A stretch of DNA of 64,000 nt from assembly GCF_004010195.1 (NCBI RefSeq), contig NC_057719.1, positions 5,146,412 to 5,210,411 of the forward strand. The letters run 5' to 3'. Source of the DNA: Chiloscyllium plagiosum (lineage: Eukaryota). Below, one piece after another: positions 26,101-39,099 of the stretch. The position numbers and the translations under genes are program-made. The first letter of the stretch is position 1. Each line of letters opens with the position of its first letter. The notes beneath the pieces were generated by a model that worked only from the letters and a program-made list of their open reading frames with translations, searched no databases and was not told where the DNA came from.

Positions 26101-26979
26101 AACAGAGCTTATATGTCTGCCATTATACCAGATCTTTAAAAATGTAAATTTCACCATCTGATCTGGTGGGATTTGTATCCCAGTTGCCAGAACATTAACC
26201 TGAGGCGTTTAAATTACTAGTCCAGTGATATTACCACAATGCACTACTTTCCCTCAAAGAGCTTAGTCACCAAGGAAGGCTGATCGAGCTTGTTTAATAT
26301 CTCACCTTAAAAGGAGCACCTCTATTTGCACTCAGTTTTGCCGATCTGAATCATGAGCTTAATTCTGTAGAGTGGGCCTGAACCCATGTCATTTGCAGAA
26401 ACATATTACTGTATACCCTGAGTGTACCGGCTCAATCTCCATAGTTATGTGACCTTCCCCTGTACTGTAGTGTGCAGTTCTCTGGCAGTCATTAAACACA
26501 CATCACCTGAAACACAATGTCAGAGTGGTGCAGCTGAGAACGTGTGAGTTTTCAGAGCTAAAGGAAAGGCAAGGAAGAAGTAAAATACAACTTTGAATTC
26601 CTGGATGAATCAGAATGAGTGAATTTCCATTTCCTGTTGCTGTCAGGAGACGTGAGACAAATTAGAATTTTCTTCCACTCTAAGTGGTAGATGTATGAAA
26701 TTGCTACATAATTATTTTAAATTGAGAATATAAAAGTTCCAATCCTGTTTTCACTGAGGAGCAGAACAAACACAGAGGGAAGGTTTTGCAGGTTTAGAAG
26801 ACATAGTTTGAGCCTCATTTCAATGTTGCTTATAAGTGGCATTTTGTTTTCAATATCAGCACTGAAAGGGAGAGGGAATCTTGCTAATATATAATTATAT
26901 GAAATATGATATATTTAGCTGGACTCTGAGATTTCAAAACTGAAAGATGTCATCATCGGGGATAGTAAACAGCTTGAAC

Positions 26980-27200
26980 TGTAGATGCTGGAAATCAAAA
27001 ATAAAGTCAGAAACTGCTGGAAAAACTCAGCAGGTCTGACAACATCTCTGGTGGGAAAACAGAGTTAACGCTTTGGGTCCAGTGATGTTCAGAACATTCT
27101 GAAGAGTGGTTACTGGATCTGAAACATTGATTCTGATTTCTCTCCATAGATGCTGCCAGAATGGCTGAGATTTTTTTCCAGAAATTTCTGATTTTGTTTC
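26980..27200. mobile_element. Family D fold-back element (related pieces ~29445-29520, 31075-31150, 35995-36090, 37960-38060, 38420-38525, 39615-39700, 44175-44345, 61690-61792, 63222-63357)
   Basis: Arms CTGCTGGAAAAACTCAGCAGGTCTG...AGAGTTAACG / TCTGAAGA...GAAACATTG...AGATGCTGCCAGA. Confidence 0.7.
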
Positions 27201-27451
27201 ATCAGGGATAAGTTGGCCTTAAGCATAAGTGATCCTGCTGTGAGTGCACATCTGCTGAGGGAAGAGATATAAACTCAAGAAACCGGTCAACAGCTGTAGA
27301 AGCTCTGAAGTTGTCAGAATCATCAACTATATTGTATTAACAGGAGATGATGCTTTGCATCACGCTGAGAGATGGTCCATGCTGAAGAAAAATAACTGAT
27401 TGGGAAAAAGAAAGAAATATTTTCAGAACAACCAGCAAAAAATATCACTGC

Positions 27452-27781
27452 AGGGCGGCACGGTGGCACAGTGGTTAGCACTGCTGTCTCACAGTGCCAG
27501 AGACCCGGGTTCAATTCCCGCCTCAGGCGACTCTCTGTGTGGAGTTTGTACATTCTCCACGTGTCTACGTGGGTTTCCTCCGGGTGCTCTGGTTTCCTCC
27601 CACAATCCCAAAATGTGCAGGTAAGGTGAATTGGCCACGCTAAATTGCCCGTAGTGTTAGGTGAAGGGTTAAATGTAGGGGAATGGGTCTGGGTGGGTTC
27701 CGCTTCAGCGGGTCGGTGTTGACTTGTTGGGCCAAAGGGCCTGTTTCCACACTGTAAGTAATCTAATCTAATCTAATCTAA
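27452..27781 (+). mobile_element. Full-length young HE1-like SINE
   Basis: GGGCGGCACGGTGGCACAGTGG head, B-box, V-type core, (TAATC)n tail. Confidence 0.95.
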
Positions 27782-27789
27782 ATAAAAAA

Positions 27790-28870
27790 ACACCAAGCTA
27801 GAGACAAGGAAAACAAGTCTAGAAAGATCACTGTTGGGGAGATGTCAGCTAATGATGCTGTGAACCACTTTTTACCAGATAAGAGTTGAAATTGTCAAGT
27901 GTAAATGTGATAAATGATTTGTGCTCGTTAGGATGATGGTTGCAGGAGAGAATGCAGAGAACATGAAGTGCCAGCTATATGCTGATTCTTCAGCCAATAT
28001 TGTGATCTGTGCAAAGTGATTGAAATCACAGATTAAGAAGGAAGGCCTTGAAAGTAATATTGAGGTTCTGTGGTAGAATAAGACCCATCCCAAGAGGACA
28101 AATGAAGCTGAGAGCCCAATGCACTGAAAGAATGAAGATCTAGAGCTCCAGATCATAGACCTTAAACAAAAATCTATTCATTTCAGTTGAAGAAAGTCTA
28201 AAATTTGAACCAGTGACAGGCAACACTCCAGAAGAGATTTGAAACATATTGCAATTGACTGCCAATTGGATTACAAGAAGTGTTTTTACAGGTCTTGGAT
28301 ATCATCCTGGTGAAAATCATCTCAGAGTGAATGAGAATTTGAGCCTGATGCCATATCTAACCAAGAGAGTTGTCTTCAAGTTCAACCTGAAAGACAAATT
28401 AGAGGACCTGGAAAAGAAGGGAGTCTACAAAAAAGTGTCAACTCCTACAGACTACATGAGCCGTGAGGGAGCAGTCATCAAACTGGGAAACTGACAGAAT
28501 GCATAGATCCAAATTATCTTGCTTAGGCTACAAAGGGGTCTCACCACCACAAGCCAATCATTGAAGGAACTTTGCAATAACGTTCCAATGCAAGAGGTCT
28601 TTATTACCATCAAAGGATGGTGGTTGTCGAGTGACACTGGCTAGATGTAGCATATTTCTAATTACACTCTGGGTGCCAATCAAAATAGTTGCATATTCAT
28701 TGGCCTTTCCATTGGTTGAGAAGAACATCAAGCCAGACTGCAGATAGTCAGTGACCTTCCCAGAGAAGGAGCTATCGGCAATGATCAGTTGCTTGTTAAT
28801 GTGAAGGCACAATAGAAAAGGATAGTTGAAAAAAGATTCAGATATGGCATCAGGCTCAAATCTTCAGGTT
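27790..28870 (+). mobile_element. Ty3/Gypsy LTR-retrotransposon internal remnant (RT N-terminus)
   Basis: ORF 28249-28494 GLGYHPGENHLRV...KLEDLEKKGVYKKVSTPTDYMS resembles the Gypsy pre-RT/RT start. Confidence 0.7.
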
Positions 28871-28894
28871 ATTAATTAATCCAATCACAAGAAT

Positions 28895-29360
28895 GATTCA
28901 AGGATGAAGGGCTTGTCACATGAGGAAATGTTGAGGTCTCTGGGTCTGTACTCAAAAGAGTTTAGAAGGATTGGGGTGGGGGGGTTTGATCTAATTGTAA
29001 TTTACAGAATACTGAGAGGCCCAGATAGAGTGGACGTGGAAAAGAGGTTTCCACCAGTAGTAGAGACTAGGACCTGGGGGAGCAGCCTCAGAGTGAATGG
29101 ACAACACGTTAGAACTGAGATGAAGAGGAATTTCTTCAGCCAGAGGGTGGTGAATCTGTGAAACTCAATTCTACAGAAGGCTGTGGAGGCCAAGTCATTG
29201 AGTGTATTTAAGACAGAAGTAGATAGGTTCTTGATTGTAAGGGGATCAAAAGTGACATGGAGATGGCAGAAATATGTGTTGAGAAACATATCAGCTGTAA
29301 AGAAAATGGTGGGGCAGACTTGATGGGGTGAATGACCTAATTCTGCTCCTATATCTTATG
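28895..29360 (+). mobile_element. CR1 3' fragment
   Basis: MKGLSHEEMLRSLGLYS...RNFFSQRVVNL. Confidence 0.85.
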
Positions 29361-29845
29361 ATATTAATGTCAATCGGTAACACTACACGTGCACATCCTG
29401 TTGAGTGTGAAATCAACAACTGCAGATAAGATTGGCCAGTGAGTGAAACAAAAACAGAAACTGCTGGAGAAACTCGACAGATCTGTCAGCATCAATGAGG
29501 AGAAAGCAGAATTAACATTTTGATTAGTTGTGATGCTGTCAGTATGGAAGTTTTGAGTTATCAAGAAAGTCTGTATCAGCTAGGACTTTTTTTACTAGAG
29601 CACAGGAGGTTGAGAGGTGACCTGATAGAAGTTTATAAAATAATGAGAGGAGCAGATAAAGTTAATGGTCAATGTCTTTTCTTTGGGTTGTGGGATTTCA
29701 AGTCAAGGGGGCACATTTTTAAGGTGAGAGCAGAGAGATTTAAAAAAGACATGACAGCAAATATTTTACACAGAGAATGGTTCGTGTGTGGCATGAACTT
29801 CCTGAGGAAGCGGTGGATGTGGGTACAGTTACAACGTTTAAAAGA

Positions 29846-30685
29846 ATTGAATTGAATTTGAATTTATTGTCACGTGTACTGAGGCACAGTGAAAAGCTTT
29901 GTCTTGTGAGCAATACAGGCTGATCACAGAGTTAAGTAGCAGAGATAAGTAAATAATAGGTAAACAGCGGCAAAAACAAAAACACAGGTACACGCGAATG
30001 CTAAGAGTTTGTGAGTCCGTTCAGTATTCTAACAACAGTAGGGTAGAAGCTGTTTCGAAACCAGCTGGTGCGTGTGTTCAGGCTTCTGTACCTTCTCCCC
30101 AGTGCCAGAGGTAATAGAGAAACATTGCCAGGTGGGATGGATCTTTGAGAATGCTGGCGGCCTTCTCTTGACAGCGGGTCTGGTAGATGGATTCTATAGA
30201 TGGGAGGTTGGCCTTTGTAATTGTCTGGGCCAAGTTCACCACTCTCTGTAACTGTCTCCGATCTTGACTGGTTCAGCTGCCATACCAGGTAGTGATACGT
30301 CCAGACAGAATGCTCTCGATGGCTCATCTATAAAAGTTGGCGAGGGTATTCATTGTCATGGCAAATTCCCTCAGCTGCCTGAGGAAGAAGAGACGTTGTT
30401 GGGCCTTTGTAACCAGTGCATCCACATGAAGAGTCCAAGAAAGCTCGTTGTGGATGACCACTCTCAGGAGCTTGACACTCTCCACTCATTCCACCTCTGT
30501 GCTGTTAATGTGTAGGGGGGATGAGTAACATCCCTCTGAAAATCAATAATGAGTTCCTTAGTTTTGCCGACATTGAGAACTAGGTTGTTCTCAGTGCACC
30601 ATTTTTGCAGGTCTTCCATCTCCCGTCTGTAGTCTGTTTCATCTGAGATTTGACTGATTATGGTGGAGTCATCAGTCATTAGTCT
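29846..30685 (-). mobile_element. Rex1/Babar-like LINE 3' part
   Basis: DDSTII...WCTENNLVLNVGKTKELIIDF and RRYRSL...RNSFYPTVVRILN; AATAAATTCAAATTCAAT tail. Confidence 0.8.
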
Positions 30686-30720
30686 AGTAGACAGAAGTCA
30701 TTTGGATAAGTACATGAATA

Positions 30721-30930
30721 CTGAAAATGTATTGCTGGAAAAGCGCAGCAGGTCAGGCAGCATCCAAGGAGCAGGAGAATCGACGTTTCAGGCATGAGTC
30801 CTTCTTCAGGAAAGGCTCATGCCCGAAATGTCGATTCTCCTGCTCCTTGGATGCTGCCTGACCTGCTGCGCTTTTCCAGCAACACATTTTCAGCCCTGAT
30901 CTCCAGCATCTGCAGTTCTCACTTTCTTCC
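30721..30930. mobile_element. Family A fold-back element with 14-bp TSD (one mismatch)
   Basis: TAAGTACATGAATA 30707-30720 / TAAATACATGAATA 30931-30944. Confidence 0.85.
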
Positions 30931-31480
30931 TAAATACATGAATAGGAAAGGTTTGTAGGAATATGAGCCAGGAGCAGGCATGTAGGACTGGTTTAGTTTG
31001 GGATTATGTTCAGCATGGACTGGTTGGACCAAAGGGTCTGTTTCCGTGCTCTATGAATCTATGACTCTAAGAGTCACCGGACTCAAAACATTAACTCTGC
31101 TTTCTCTCCACAGGTGCAGCCAGACTGCTGAGTTTCTCCAGAAATTTCTGCTTATGAAGCAATCAAACCATCTAGTTTGAAACTTTCATCTGGTTAAAGT
31201 GATATTCAACAGGGCATTGGAAGATAATTTGGATGGAATTAGTGTGCATGGTATGGAGAAAAGGCAGGATTAGACTGGCATAAGATGCTCAGTTAAAGGA
31301 CGGGTGCAGGCATGATCAGTTGTAACAATTCTGTGATTCTGTGAAAAAGTGATCATGGAATACAACCAGAAGCTGATGTGACTGCCAGGGAGACCTTGCC
31401 AAATACAGCTGAAGCTAAGCAAGAAAAAGATGCAAGTGAAGATGCATCATCAGGTATTAACAACAAATATATTTCACCCA

Positions 31481-31610
31481 GATTAGATTAGATTAGATTA
31501 GATTAGATTAGATTACTTACAGTGTGGAAACAGGCCCTTCGGCCCAACAAGTCCACACCGATCCGCCAAAGCGCAACCCACCCAAACCCATTCACCTACA
31601 TTTACCCCTC
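31481..31610 (-). mobile_element. 3' tail of an HE1/HER1-like element with (GATTA)n repeat
   Basis: (GATTA)n plus CAGTGTGGAAACAGGCCCTTCGGCCCAAC. Confidence 0.85.
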
Positions 31611-31619
31611 CTGAGAAAA

Positions 31620-32120
31620 TGAGAGTGGTAGCAGGGGTGCAGCGAGCAACTGATGGGGAAGAAATGCAATGACTTATTGGATCTGTGAACTGTTCAGCAA
31701 GGTTCTTATCTAATTTGTCATCAGAGTGTGCATCTCTAAGAAGGTCAATGTTAAGGTTGTACGGTGGTAATGGGGCACGGCACAAGAAGCAGCTTTCACT
31801 ATGATCAAACAACTAGTGGAAACAACACCAGTGCTGAGACACTATAACCTCAAGAATGCAATCACCTTATAGGGTATGACAGTGAGACCAGGCTTGGAGC
31901 TATCATGCAAAGTGAATTTGCAGTCAGAGTGGTGGTATACACTGAATGATGCTTGACTCAAATAGGAAGGAGATGCTGTCTTTGCTCATGAGCATTGTAA
32001 CCAGAAACTGTTTTGGAGAGACAAAGTGGCAATAGTATCTGACTACAAACCACTTCAAAACCATCTTTTTCAAACTACCTTTCTGCTCCATAGGTATCAG
32101 CAATGAATGTTACTTTGTTT
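31620..32120 (+). mobile_element. Gypsy pol remnant (connection/RNase H region)
   Basis: Broken motifs AFTMIKQLVETTPVLRHY, LGAIMQ and SDYKPL. Confidence 0.6.
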
Positions 32121-32502
32121 GAGCTTTGAAATTCTCCCAGTTTGGCTGGGTAAGAGTGACAGTTGCAGGGTGGGTGAGATAGCTCAATGTGGAAAAGAGG
32201 ATTCCTCTTGTTTGTGAATCTGGAACCATGTATCACTATTTTTTTAAATTAGCAGTCACCCATTTAAGAAAGAAATAAAGAATTTTGTCCTTCTCACAGA
32301 TGGTTGTGAGTCTTTCTTAAAAGATTCTGGAAGCGGCACCTTGAATATTTTTAAGGCAGAAGTAGATAGATTCTCGATAAAGAGAAGAGTGAAAGATTGT
32401 GGAATGTCAGCACGACAGGAGTATCCAGACCAGCTTTGATCTTATTGAATAGTGGAAAACACCAAAGTGGAAGAATGAGTGAATTGCTGTGTTCAAATAC
32501 AG

Positions 32503-34290
32503 AGTCATAGAATCATACGGCATGGATACAGACTCTTTGGTCCAACTTGTCCATGCTGACCAGATATCCTAAACTGACTTACTCCCATTTGCCAGTACTT
32601 GGCTAAAATCCCTCCAAACCCTTCCTATTTCTAATCCAAACTGCTAAATCACCCTCAATCCCATGCCTCCGCATTTTCTCCAGCAGTCTACCATGTGGAA
32701 CCTTATCAAAGGCTTTACTGAAATCCATATACACCACGTCAACTGCCCTCCCCTCATCCACATGCTTGGTCACCTTCTCAAAAACCTCAATGAGGTTTAT
32801 GAGACATGACCTGCCCTTGACAAAACCATGTTGACTATCTCCAATCAAATTGATGCTTGCTAAATGATTATAAATCTGATCTCTTATAATCCTTTCCAAA
32901 ACTTCTCCTACAACACACGTAAGGCTTACTGGTCTATAATTGCCTGGGTTATCTCTACTGCCCTACTTGAATAAGAACCCAACATTTGCAATCCTCCATT
33001 TCTCTGGTACTAAATCTGTAGTCAATGACGACTTAAAGATCAAGGCCAAAGGCTCCGCCACCTCCTCCCTAACTTCCCAGAGAATCCTCGGATAAATCCC
33101 ATCCAGTCCAGGGGATTTTTCTACTTTCACACGTTCTAGAATTGATAACACCTCTTCCTTACTAACCTTAATCCTTTCTAGTCTAATATCTCGTACCTCA
33201 TTCTTCTCCTCTACAATATTATCCTTTTGCTGAGTGAAAACAGACGAGAAATATTCATTTAGCACCTCTCTGATCTCCACAGGGTCCACACTCAACTTTC
33301 CACTTCTGTCTTTGACTGGACCTATTCCTATCCTAGTTATCCTTTTATTCCTCACATACCTAGAGAAAGCTCTAGGGTTCTCCTTTATTCTACTTGCTAA
33401 AGATTGCTCACGTCTCCTCCTTGCTCTTCTTAACTCTCTCTTTAAATCCTTCCCAGCTAATCTGTAACTCTCCATTGCCTCATCTCAACTATCTCATCTC
33501 AACGTAACATAAGCCTTTGCTTAACAAGAGATGCAATTTCTTTAGTAAACCACGGTTCCCTCACCTTAATGCTTCTTCCCTGCCTGACAGGGACATACCT
33601 ATCAAGGACACACAATAGTTGTTCCTTAAACCAGCTCCACATTTCGATTCGTACCCATCCCCTGCATTTTGCTACCATTCTATGCATCCCCAAGTCTTGC
33701 CTAATCACATTATAATTGCTCTTCCCCCATCTATAACTCTTGCCCTGTGGCATGTAACTATCCTCTCCATCACAAAACTAATCGTAACCGAATTATGGTC
33801 ACTCTTTCCAAAATGCTCACCTACCACTAAATCAAACACCTGGCCTGGTTCATTACCACGTACCAGATCCAGTGTGGCCTGCCCTTGTCAGCCCTTCGAC
33901 ATGCTGTGTCAGGGAGCCCACCTGCACCCATTGGACAAAAACTGATCCATCCAACATATTAGAGTGAAAGCATTTCCAGTCAATGTTGGGGAAGTTAAGG
34001 TCCCCCATAATGACCGGGGAGAAAGTGAGGTCTGCAGATGCTGGAGATCAGAGATGGAAAGGTGTTGCTGTAAAAGCGCAGCAGGTCAGGCAGCATCTAG
34101 GGAACAGGAGAATCGACGTTTCAGGCATTAGCTCTAGGGTTCACCTGAAGAAGGGCTAATGCCCGAAACGTCGATTCTCCTGTTCCCTAGATGCTGCCTG
34201 ACCTGCTGCGCTTTTCCAGCAACACATTTCCACCCCCATAATGACCACCCTGGTCCTTTCACTCCTACCCAGAATTGTTTTGCCAATCCT
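32503..34290 (-). mobile_element. CR1 LINE (EN-linker-RT), internally deleted and joined to its 3' end
   Basis: ORFs 33499-33753, 32963-33475 (KSPGLDGIYPRIL) and 32603-32899 (QHGFVKGRSCL, YMDFSKAFDKVPH). Confidence 0.9.
34016..34232. mobile_element. Family A fold-back element with 14-bp TSD
   Basis: TSD CCCCCATAATGACC at 34002-34015 and 34233-34246; intact + core CTGAAGA-A-GGGC-TAAT-GCCC-GAAACGTC. Confidence 0.9.
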
Positions 34291-34879
34291 CACTTTTGAC
34301 TCACTCATTCCCACTCATCCTCAATCATCCCCACTTCTGACCTTATGAGGGAAGGTCATTGATGAAGCAGCTGAAGATGGATGGGCCTAGGACACTACTC
34401 TGAGGAAATCCTACAGAGATGTCCTGGAGCTGAGATGACTGACCTCCAACATTCACAACATATTCCTATATGCCAGGCATGACTTCAATGAGAGAAGAGT
34501 TTGCCTCTGATACCCATTGATCCCAGTTTTGCCAAGGCTCCTTAATGGCACACTCAGTCAATGCGGCCTTGGAGTGCTGTCACTCTCACCATTTAAAAAG
34601 TAATAAGAGGGACTGTCTCACACGAATCATTTTGAAGTGCTTTGGCATGTCTCATGGATGTGAAAGGTGCTTTATAAATACAAGTTCTCCCTGCTCAAGG
34701 ATTTGAAGAAAAGTACTAAATAAAGCATTTATTTAGGCCTAACCATCTTTACCATTAACCAGAAACTCAACTGGACTCACCAAATAAACACAGTGGCTAC
34801 AAAAGCAGCAGCAAATAACTCATCTCCTGACTCCCCAAAGCATGTGCACCATCTTCAAGGCACAAGTCAGGGGTGCTTT

Positions 34880-35194
34880 TAGATTAGATTAGATTACTTA
34901 CAGTGTGGAAACAGGCCATTCGGCCCAACAAGTCAACACCGCCCCGCCGAAGCGCAACCCACCCAAACCCCTACCTTTACCCCTTTCCTAACACTACGGG
35001 CAATTTAGCATGGCCAATTCACCTGACCTGCACATCTTTGGACTATGGGAGGAAACCGGAGCACCCGGAGGAAACCCACGCAGACACGGGAAGAACGTGC
35101 AAACTCCACACAGTCAGTCGCCTGAGGCGGGAATTGAACCCGGGTCTCTGGCGCTGTGAGGCAGCAGTGCTAACCACTGTGCCACCGTGCCGCC
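34880..35194 (-). mobile_element. Full-length young HE1-like SINE
   Basis: Reverse complement of the 27452-27781 type. Confidence 0.95.
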
Positions 35195-36494
35195 CACAGA
35201 TGCTGTGGGATACTCTCCACTTGCCTGGATGGATGCAGCTCTAACAACACTCAGAAAGCTTGACATCATCCAGGACAAAGCAGCCTACTGCTCAAGGATT
35301 TGAAAAATGCTAAATAAAGTTACTGCTTATGTGTGTGTGTAAACTACATGGAAGAGTGTTGGAAGCAGGTTTATCAGGAATGTTCAAAAGGAAATTGAAT
35401 AAAATCCTGTAATTGGAACAGTCAGGCCTGGGAGTGAGGTCATCTGAGAACTCCCAGAGTTATGATGGGCCAAGTGTGATACTCTGAGCTTGCAGTCAGT
35501 CTGGCTGTTGGTTTGCCATCAGTTGATTTTCTTCACTGGCTGACACCAGTTTTAATGATGAGGGAAGGTCATGTGCCTCATTGCCTCGTGAGTCACAAGG
35601 TTATAAGTTAAAGTCTACTCTCATCAATTTGGCTAACAGCCCTTCATAATGAAAATTTTTAAAATGGGATCTTGCTGTGCATAGCTTGGCCACACCAGAT
35701 CACCTGACCGGTTGCAGAGCGCTTTGGAAACTGTGAGCGGTGCTATGTAGATGCATGTTCTTCCTTTTTGCTGAGGAACCCAGTTCCTCCCCGTCACTCT
35801 GTGGAAAGTTTGCAACCTGTGGATTTGCTGCTGGGAGACAGGTGCCAGGCAATAGGGTCAGGAGGAGGCCATTCAGCCCTCCAAATCGATCAGCCATTCT
35901 GCCAAATCATGGCTGATTTTCTGCTCAACACTATTTTGCCACACTCTCTCCATCTCCCTTGGTGTCCTTAATACCCAAGGTCACTACCAGCAGTGCTGAG
36001 GAAGGGTCACTGAACCCAAAACATTAATGCCACTTTCTCTCCACAGATGCTGCCAGACCTGCTGAGTTTTCTCAACAATTTCTGTTTTGGTCACTAACAT
36101 GGAACAGTGAATTCCACAGGGGACTAGCTGCATGATCCAGGACATGTTAGAGTTTAAATAATTACAGCAATAAGTAAACAGCTTTAGAGAAATTTCCAGG
36201 GCTTGAGTCACAATTGAAGGCATTTAATCCTAAAAACAACAAAGGTGGTCTGACAACCGACAGGAAAGCTAAACTGTTGGAAGTCCAGCTGGAGCATAAT
36301 GGCTCGGACTCATTCCTGGAGGGAGGAGTTCGGCAAAAATAAGAACCAGGAGCTGGAGTAGGGCTCTCAGACCTTCAGGTCTGCTTCACCATTCAACAGT
36401 CAAGGCTGATCTTCTGTCATAAGTCTATTTTCCTACAATGACCCCTACCCTTTCATTCACTTGAGATTCTAATCAGAGAAATTCTGCACTTTTG

Positions 36495-37015
36495 GAATAC
36501 TGATGAAGGAAGGATGTTGTGAAACTTGAAAGGGTTCAGAAAAGACTTAGAAGGATGTTGCCAGGGTTGGAGGGTTTGACCTATAGAGAGAGAGAGACTG
36601 AATAGGCTGGGGCTATTCTCCCTAGAACTTCAGAGGTTGAGGGGTGAGCTTATACAAGTTTGTAAAATCATGGGGGACATGGATACAGTGAATAGCCAAG
36701 ATCTTTTCTCTGGGGTGGGAGAGCCCAAAACTAGAGGGGCTTTAAGGTGAGAGGGGAAAGATTTAACAGGAACATAAGGGGCAACTTTTTCACGCAGAGG
36801 ATGGTGGGTGTATTGAATGAGTTGCCAGAGGAAGTGGAGAAGGCTGGTCCAATTACAGCATTTAAAAGGCATCTGGATGTGTATATGAATAGGAAGGGTA
36901 CAGAGGGATATGGGCCAAATGCTGGCAAATGGGACTAGATTAATTAGGATATCTGGTCAGCATGGACACATTGGACGAAAAGGATTAGTTTCTGTGCTGT
37001 ACAACTCTATGACTC
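36495..37015 (+). mobile_element. CR1 3' fragment
   Basis: RGNFFTQRMVGVLNELPEEV...GPNAGKWD. Confidence 0.9.
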
Positions 37016-37120
37016 CAAGGGTCTATTATCAGCACCTTGATATATTTTCATCAGAATATTTTGGACGGTGGGCACTACTGAAAATCCTGACAACTGATTT
37101 GTGACACACGTAGAATTTGG

Positions 37121-37347
37121 GGTCAAGAGTGTGGAGTTGGAAAAGCATAGCAGTCAGGCAGCATCCGAGGAGCAGGAAAATCGACGTTTCAGGCAGAAGC
37201 CCTTCATCAAAAAGCCCTTCCTGATGAAGGGCTTTCATCCGAAACGTAAATTTTTCTGGACCTCGGATGCTGCCTGACCTGCTGTGCTTTTCCAGCACCA
37301 CACTCTTGACTCTAATCTCCAGCATCTGCAGTCCTCACTTTCGCCTT
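37121..37347. mobile_element. Family A fold-back element with 15-bp TSD; a further arm fragment at ~37366-37448
   Basis: TSD ACACGTAGAATTTGG at 37106-37120 and 37348-37362. Confidence 0.85.
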
Positions 37348-37569
37348 ACACGTAGAATTTGGCCAAGCTCATGCCCGAAACGTCGATTCTCCTGCTCCTT
37401 GGATGCTGCCTGACCTGCTGCGCTTTTCCAGCAACACATTTTCAGCTCAGGTCAGGTTATGCCAACCAAGAGTCTGTCGGGAAAATACTTCAAACCACAT
37501 TCCAGTGACTCAGCAGAAAAACACAAGGCAGTGCTGAGGGACTGCCTCACTGTCAGAAGCTCTCTCAAG

Positions 37570-37790
37570 TATGGCACTGGAAAAGCACAGCAGGTCAGGC
37601 AGCATCTGCAGAGCTGGAGAGTAGAAGTTTTGGGCATAAATCCTTTATCAGGAATGGGGGTGCGCAAGGGGCCTGAAAGATAAGTGGGAAGGGGCTGGGG
37701 GCTGGGGCTGGGGGGAAGGTAGCTGGGAAGGCAATAGATAGATGAAGGCAATGGCTATAGGCTGGAATGGAGGGTGGGAAGGTGGGAAAG
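37570..37790 (-). mobile_element. Family A arm with extended G/A-rich upstream flank (like 1-220)
   Basis: GCACTGGAAAAGCACAGCAGG...TTTATCAGGAATG, then a G-rich run. Confidence 0.6.
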
Positions 37791-39099
37791 ACCAGCACAT
37801 AGTCAATGGGCTGAGTGGCCTCCTCCTGCGTCTTATTGCGTGGGATCTTGCTGTACCGACATGGCATATCACATTTCCTACAGTGCAATAGGGAGTAGAC
37901 TTTCACCTCACCACTCCCACCCCCACTCCCAGAGAAGCCCCCTCCTCAGTAATAAATAAAGCAAAGAACTGCGGATGCCGAGGTCTGAAAGGCAAACAGG
38001 AATTGCTGGAGAAACTCAGCAGGTCTGGCATCTTCTGAGAGTGGAGGTGTTCTTTATCAGAGAGTGGAAGGTCAGAAGGGACAGTAAATAACCCTCAAGC
38101 GGTAGGATCAGGAATCCCTCATTGATGAAGCGCTGTGAGAAGTCCCGACGGTGCCTACCGGCGCCACATCAACGCACGTCTTTCTTTATTTAAAATATGG
38201 TGAAATTGTTTCTGCAAACCCTAAGAATATTTAAAACACAAGGTCCACAGACCAGCCGAGCCCCAATCAATTCAGTCTCTGGCCTCCCAGAATTGATGGG
38301 AGTGGGGAGCGGAAGGAGGATGCATTGGGGTTCACTGTCCTGCACATCCCCTTGTTGCTGAGCGCACTTTACCTGCCCCACACAAGCCCCTTCTGGAACA
38401 ACATAACAACTGCGGAGGAAACCAAAACAGGAATTGCGGCAGAACCCCAGCAGGTCTGACAGCATCTGTGGAGAGAGAAAGCGGAGTTAAACTTTCCGGT
38501 CGCAGTGACCCTTCTTCAGAATGTTCTCAGCTAAGACACGCAATTTCTACCCACATGCCTGGAACTAGACGGTATATATAATGACGTGCCGAAACGGCAC
38601 TGTCTCAATCAGGTCGTTTCTCCCTTCGTGGTTTCAGCACAGGGACTGGGGATGTACATGTGCTGTCTGTGTTTATAAACAGCCAGTTTACAAAGACTGA
38701 AGCAAACTTTCACTCAGGTTCTCAATATTTTTTTCCAATGTTTGGCGTGGCGTGAACTCACAAAAAAACAAACACAAAGCAACAGCTGCTCTGTTACTGC
38801 ACTAGCGACTAAAACTTTCATCCTGTTTTTGTGTTCTTTTAAATATTTACACAACTGCTTGAACTCAGAATTACAGAAATGCCAGTGATACAGAAATGCA
38901 CGTAAGTTCTTTTCGTTTTGCCTGCTGGTTTTCTCACCTGTTTTGTTAATTTGGGAGGGGGTAAAGGACTTGTTGAAGGTGATGCTGGTGAAGGTGGGGA
39001 TGTGGGTGGTGAGGAGGGAGATGGGGTTGGGGGGGGAGAGCAGAGATGGAAGCATTTACAATTGCCAGCGCTGGGGATTATGGCAGGGCGGTGTGTAAC

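Larger units (their letters stand above)
29545..31070 (+). mobile_element. CR1 3' fragment split by a Rex1-like LINE and a family A element
   Basis: RRLRGDLIEVYKIM before 29845; resumes ~30700 (CATTTGGATAAGTACATGAAT...) to the CTATGACTCT tail. Confidence 0.8.

Noticed and set aside
27452..27530. tRNA gene
   Set aside because: tRNA-like head of an HE1-type SINE that continues into the SINE core and tail; the same applies to the other copies.
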